The notes below the pieces were generated by a model. The model saw only the letters and a program-made list of their open reading frames with translations. It had not been told where the DNA came from and made no database searches. A stretch of 64,000 nucleotides of DNA from an uncultured Oscillospiraceae bacterium (GTDB lineage: Bacteria; Bacillota; Clostridia; Oscillospirales; Oscillospiraceae), in assembly GCA_964430345.1 (NCBI GenBank), contig CAYSFK010000001.1:7-64006 (forward strand), read 5' to 3'. How positions within the stretch are numbered: the stretch's first letter is position 1; each line of letters starts with the position of its first letter. Made by a program: the position numbers and the translations under genes. This document shows, one piece after another, positions 60,002 through 64,000 of this stretch.

Positions 60002-60643
60002 ATGTATGAAAATGATAAGTGGGAGCTTATTGAAGCGGCATGGGAATTAAACCGCATAGGCCTGGTGCGGCTTAATGACGGCTGCGTCAGCGTTCGCAAG
60101 GAGAGCTGCATCCTGGTTACGCCCGGGAATATTTGCTTTGACCAGATGGAAGCGGAGGATGTGCTTGTTCTTGACGTCGGAGGACAGGTTGTTGAAGGCG
60201 CAGGGAGTATTTATAAGGACTGGGACGCGCTGCGGTATATCTATAGCAATATGCCGGAGGTGGGGGCGGTCATACATACCCACCAACCCTGCGCCACCGC
60301 AGTCGGACTCACTGGGGACAGTTTTCCCGCCTGCTGCACTACCCTGTGCAACGTGTGTCTGGGCTCAGTAAAAGTGGCGCCCAACAACGGAGAGGACATG
60401 GGTGCTCTGGCGCTGAAATACCTAGGTGACCGCCGGGCCGTCATTCTGCGAGAGCACGGGGTCATCACAGTGGGGCCGGGGCTCCACGAGGCGCTGGCAG
60501 CCAGCGTATATATGGAGGACGCCGCCAAGTGCTATCTGGCTGCCAGGGGCGCTGCCCACGGAAGCGAGGTGGCGCTGATGACGCCGGAACAGGAGGCTGA
60601 AGCCGTGGAGACCTTTCGGGATTACGGCCAGAAACGTGGATGA
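60002..60643 (+). CDS. Class II aldolase/adducin-family protein (L-ribulose-5-P 4-epimerase / L-fuculose-P aldolase-like)
   Basis: About 213 aa from the ATG at 60002 (GGAGG 9 nt upstream), with VIHTHQPCATAV and REHGVITVG. Confidence 0.7.
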   Translation: MYENDKWELIEAAWELNRIGLVRLNDGCVSVRKESCILVTPGNICFDQMEAEDVLVLDVGGQVVEGAGSIYKDWDALRYIYSNMPEVGAVIHTHQPCATAVGLTGDSFPACCTTLCNVCLGSVKVAPNNGEDMGALALKYLGDRRAVILREHGVITVGPGLHEALAASVYMEDAAKCYLAARGAAHGSEVALMTPEQEAEAVETFRDYGQKRG

Positions 60644-61500
60644 AAAAACTTTGCGAGCTGCCTCTGGGCATTTACGAAAAGGCCATATGCAATAGCCTGA
60701 GCTGGGAAGAAAAGCTGCTGCTGGCCAGAGACTCCGGCTTTGATTTTATCGAGCTGAGCATTGACGGCACACCTGAGAGACTGGAGCGTCTGTACGACGG
60801 CGGTTTTGCCGTCAAAGTCAGAGCCGCCGCAGCGGCGGTTGGACTGCCAGTGTATACCATGGCGCTGACGGCGAACCGGGCCTTTCCTCTAGGCAGCGAG
60901 GACAAAACCGTCCGCAGCCGAGGACTGGAGCTGGTGCGGCGGGCTCTGGCGCTGGCGGAGGAGACGGGTATTGAGCTTGTGCATCTGGCGGGCTATGACC
61001 AGCTGGGCGACAAGCGAAACGATAACACCAAGAAGCTCTTCTACGACGCTGTGGAACATATTGCTTTACTGGCGGAGGGCTCCCCGGTAAAGTTGGCGGT
61101 GGAGACCATGGACGCGGACTTTATGGGCAGCTGCACGGACATCGTGAAGCTATGCCGGGAGCAGGGTCGGGACAAACTGCGCTGCTACGCCGATGTGGGC
61201 AATCTCAGCGCCAATGGCTTGGATATGCCGGCGGAGCTTCTGGCGGGAGGAGCATATATAGCCGGCCTGCATCTGAAGGACGCCAGACCCGGAGTATGCA
61301 GAGATATACCCTTTGGAGAGGGAATGGTGGATTTTAAAGCCGCTTTCGGTGCTCTTGAGGCTATAGGCTATCAGGGATTCATGACAGCCGAGGCATGGAG
61401 CTACGATAAAGAGAGCTATCACCCATATCTGAAAAGAATAAGCAGCTTCCTGCGCGGGGAACTGGCAGAGTACGAAAAACGGAAGGGAGAAAGCCGATGA
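60640..61500 (+). CDS. Xylose-isomerase-like TIM-barrel protein, L-xylulose/L-ribulose-5-P 3-epimerase-like (UlaE/SgbU type)
   Basis: LGIYEKAICNSLSWEEKLLLARDSGFDFIELSIDG. ATGA overlap with the upstream gene. Confidence 0.7.
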   Translation: MKKLCELPLGIYEKAICNSLSWEEKLLLARDSGFDFIELSIDGTPERLERLYDGGFAVKVRAAAAAVGLPVYTMALTANRAFPLGSEDKTVRSRGLELVRRALALAEETGIELVHLAGYDQLGDKRNDNTKKLFYDAVEHIALLAEGSPVKLAVETMDADFMGSCTDIVKLCREQGRDKLRCYADVGNLSANGLDMPAELLAGGAYIAGLHLKDARPGVCRDIPFGEGMVDFKAAFGALEAIGYQGFMTAEAWSYDKESYHPYLKRISSFLRGELAEYEKRKGESR

Positions 61501-63008
61501 AGTATTTAATGGGTATAGACGTAGGCGGCAGCGTTGCCAAGGCCGCCGTATATGACAGTGTCGGTAGAGAAATATGCTCCTGCGGCGAGAGAATGGACAC
61601 CCTGGCGCCCCGTCCGGGCTTTTTCGAGCGGGACACTTTGCAGATTAAAGACTGCGTATATAAGGCTGTAGCTGAGGCTGTAAGCAAGTCCGGAGTGGAC
61701 AGCGGGGATATCGCCGCCATCGGCGTCACAGGTCAGGCCAACGGTCTGTATATGTTCGACAGAGAAGGCAGGCCTACTTATCCAGCGATACTCTCCAGCG
61801 ACTCCAGAGCCAAGGAGTACATCAAGCGTTGGAATGCTGACGGCACTCTGGACCGTATCATCCCCAAAACCAGAGAGATACTGTGGGCCGGGCAGACCTC
61901 TGCCATAATAGCCTGGTTTGCGGACAATGACCCGGAGACTCTGGAGCGGACGGAGGTCTTTCTCACAGCTAAGGACTATGCCCGGTATCTTCTGACAGGT
62001 GAGTTCGCGCTGGAGGCCACGGAGCTGTCCTCCACCAGTGTCATGGACCTTGGCGAGCACAAGCTAAGCGCTGAGATAGCCGCGGAGCTGGGCATAGAGA
62101 AGTACATACACAAATACCCCCAGCGGCTGCTGGAGAGCACGGAGATAGGCGGCTATGTGACCGAGGAATGCGCAGCGCTGACGGGACTTAAGGCGGGCAC
62201 TCCGGTGGTGGGCGGAACTATCGACACCGACGCCTGCGTGGTGTCCCAGGGCATAGTCAGTGAGGAGCAGTTGGGCATCATTCTGGGCACCTGGGGGATA
62301 AACGCCTTTATCACCAGGGAGCCCATATACTCCAAGGAGATATTCAGCGCCTTTTACTACTGCCTGCCGGAATACTATGAGCTTATGGAGGGCAGCGCCA
62401 CCTCCGCCACCAATCAGGAATGGTTTATTGACCGGTTTCTCAGGCAGGAGGGCATGGAGTTTCAGGGCTACGGCGAGATAAACCGACTTATTCAGGAGAG
62501 CGCCGTCCAAAACAGTATACTGTTCCTGCCATTTTTATACGGCAGCAACGTGAACATTGACGCCAGAGCTGCCTTCGTTGGGCTCACCGGTCACCACGAT
62601 ATAGGCGATATGCTCCGGGCCATATACGAGGGCGTGGTGTTCTGCCATATGTACCATATAGACAGACTTTTGAAGCTGAAGGGGACGGAGCGGCCAAAGC
62701 TGGCGCGCATTGCCGGAGGCGGTGCCAGGAGCCGGGTATGGATGCAGATGTTTGCCGACGCCATGGATGCCACAGTGGAGGTCTCCGAGGCGGAGGAGCT
62801 GGGCGCTCTGGGCGCCGCTATGGTAGCTGGCGCCGGCGTGGGCGTATTTAAGGATATGTTCGACGCTGCCGCCAAGTGCACCAGAATAAGCCGCTCCTAC
62901 GCGCCGAATCCCGAGACGGCGGAGTATTACCGCAAAAAGTATCAACTGTACAGACGGCTTATCGACGCTCTTGACCCGCTGTGGACAGAGCTGTCGGAGC
63001 TGGGCTGA
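61497..63008 (+). CDS. FGGY-family carbohydrate kinase (xylulokinase/L-xylulokinase-like)
   Basis: YLMGIDVGGSVAKAAVYD...GVTGQANGLY...ARIAGGGARSRVWMQMFADA. Confidence 0.8.
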   Translation: MKYLMGIDVGGSVAKAAVYDSVGREICSCGERMDTLAPRPGFFERDTLQIKDCVYKAVAEAVSKSGVDSGDIAAIGVTGQANGLYMFDREGRPTYPAILSSDSRAKEYIKRWNADGTLDRIIPKTREILWAGQTSAIIAWFADNDPETLERTEVFLTAKDYARYLLTGEFALEATELSSTSVMDLGEHKLSAEIAAELGIEKYIHKYPQRLLESTEIGGYVTEECAALTGLKAGTPVVGGTIDTDACVVSQGIVSEEQLGIILGTWGINAFITREPIYSKEIFSAFYYCLPEYYELMEGSATSATNQEWFIDRFLRQEGMEFQGYGEINRLIQESAVQNSILFLPFLYGSNVNIDARAAFVGLTGHHDIGDMLRAIYEGVVFCHMYHIDRLLKLKGTERPKLARIAGGGARSRVWMQMFADAMDATVEVSEAEELGALGAAMVAGAGVGVFKDMFDAAAKCTRISRSYAPNPETAEYYRKKYQLYRRLIDALDPLWTELSELG

Positions 63009-63029
63009 GGAAAGGACGGAACAGAAAGC

Positions 63030-64000
63030 ATGAGAGATTATGATGTAGCCATAGTTGGCGCGGGTACCGGCGGCTATGAAGCGGCCATACGCTGCGCCCA
63101 GCTGGGGCTGAGAACGGTCATAATAGAAAAGAATAAGCTGGGCGGCACCTGCCTTAATATTGGCTGTATACCAACCAAGTACTTTGTCAACGGCGCGGAG
63201 CTGGCAAAGCACATGAGAACAGCCCGAAAGCAGGGAATAGACGCCGGAGAGCCCGTCATAGATATGAAGAAGCTGGTGCGAAACAAGGACAAGACCGTAA
63301 ACCAGCTCGTAAGCGGCGTGGCCTATCTCATGGAGAAGAACGGGGTAAAGGTCATCCGGGGCGAAGCCAAGTTCCTTGGCGAGCATGAGCTTTCGGTAAA
63401 CGGTGAGAGCGTCAGCTTCGATAATCTGATAATCGCTGTGGGCTCCTCGCCTAACCTGCCGCCGGTGCCGGGTGCGCAGCTGGAGGATATAATGGGCTCC
63501 ACGGAGCTGTTATCCATAGACCATGTACCGGAAAGTCTGGCCATCGTGGGCGGGGGAGTGATAGGCTGCGAGCTGGCCTGTGTGTTTAACCAGTTCGGGT
63601 CAAAGGTCACTGTTATAGGCAGGCGGGACCACCTGATACCCGGCATCGACAGAGATGTGGCCGATACCCTGGCGGTCAGTATGAGGAGCCAAGGCATAGA
63701 TATCATTACCGGAGCCGCGGTGACAGGTATAGCCAAAAAAGACGGCGTCTTTACCGTCACAGCCGATACCGCCGCAGGTCAGATAGAGCATGAGGCTGCG
63801 GAGGTGATGATATCCGCCGGACGTCGGGGGAACATAGAGGGACTGGAGCCGCTGGGCCTTGAGCTGAATAGGAGCTATATTACCGTGGACGGGCATATGC
63901 GCACTAGCAAGCCCCATATCTATGCCATAGGTGACGTGACCGGCAAGATACAGCTGGCCCATGTGGCCTCCGCTCAGGGTATAGCGGCGGCGGAGAATAT
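63030..64000 (+). CDS. lpdA: Dihydrolipoyl dehydrogenase, N-terminal part (3' end outside the window)
   Basis: My own translation from the ATG at 63030 gives MRDYDVAIVGAGTGGYEAAIRCAQLGLRTVIIEKNKLGGTCLNIGCIPTK (redox-active CLNIGC). The frame stays open to nt 64000. It is absent from the ORF track because no stop codon falls in the window. Confidence 0.85.
   Translation, partial: MRDYDVAIVGAGTGGYEAAIRCAQLGLRTVIIEKNKLGGTCLNIGCIPTKYFVNGAELAKHMRTARKQGIDAGEPVIDMKKLVRNKDKTVNQLVSGVAYLMEKNGVKVIRGEAKFLGEHELSVNGESVSFDNLIIAVGSSPNLPPVPGAQLEDIMGSTELLSIDHVPESLAIVGGGVIGCELACVFNQFGSKVTVIGRRDHLIPGIDRDVADTLAVSMRSQGIDIITGAAVTGIAKKDGVFTVTADTAAGQIEHEAAEVMISAGRRGNIEGLEPLGLELNRSYITVDGHMRTSKPHIYAIGDVTGKIQLAHVASAQGIAAAEN

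Overview
This is a GC-rich chromosomal segment that looks like the core genome of an anaerobic, spore-forming Firmicute (Clostridia-like). That call rests on gene content: a spoIIAA-spoIIAB-sigF operon, an alpha/beta-type SASP, comEC-holA, mltG, rplU-rpmA-obg and pcrA. All protein calls come from reading the supplied translations for family-specific motifs; no database search was run. I support about 57 protein-coding genes, one tRNA-Arg(CCT), and a set of sigma-A-like promoters and rho-independent terminators. I found no CRISPR array, integrase, transposase or other mobile element.

Most of the window is housekeeping: tRNA synthetases, PrfC, Obg, ribosomal proteins, fumarate hydratase and malic enzyme, and envelope enzymes.

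The most unusual content lies at about 33.4-45.2 kb. Two paralogous gene pairs each combine a ~900-aa multi-cluster FeS flavoprotein with a tightly coupled HypA-like Ni/Zn-ribbon protein. No hydrogenase, hypB, urease or CODH gene occurs anywhere in the window. One of the two pairs sits in a four-gene operon with a CrtI-like flavoenzyme and an FNR/2Fe-2S reductase, divergent from a GntR(FCD) regulator.

Other items worth a second look:
- a 50-aa Cys/Gly/Asn-rich tiny membrane protein behind a long structured leader
- a glycan-decoration operon containing a flippase-like TM domain fused to a kinase
- an ArsR-linked P1B-type ATPase whose CPC metal motif reads GSG
- a TetR-methyltransferase fusion with a textbook operator
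- an orphan prepilin
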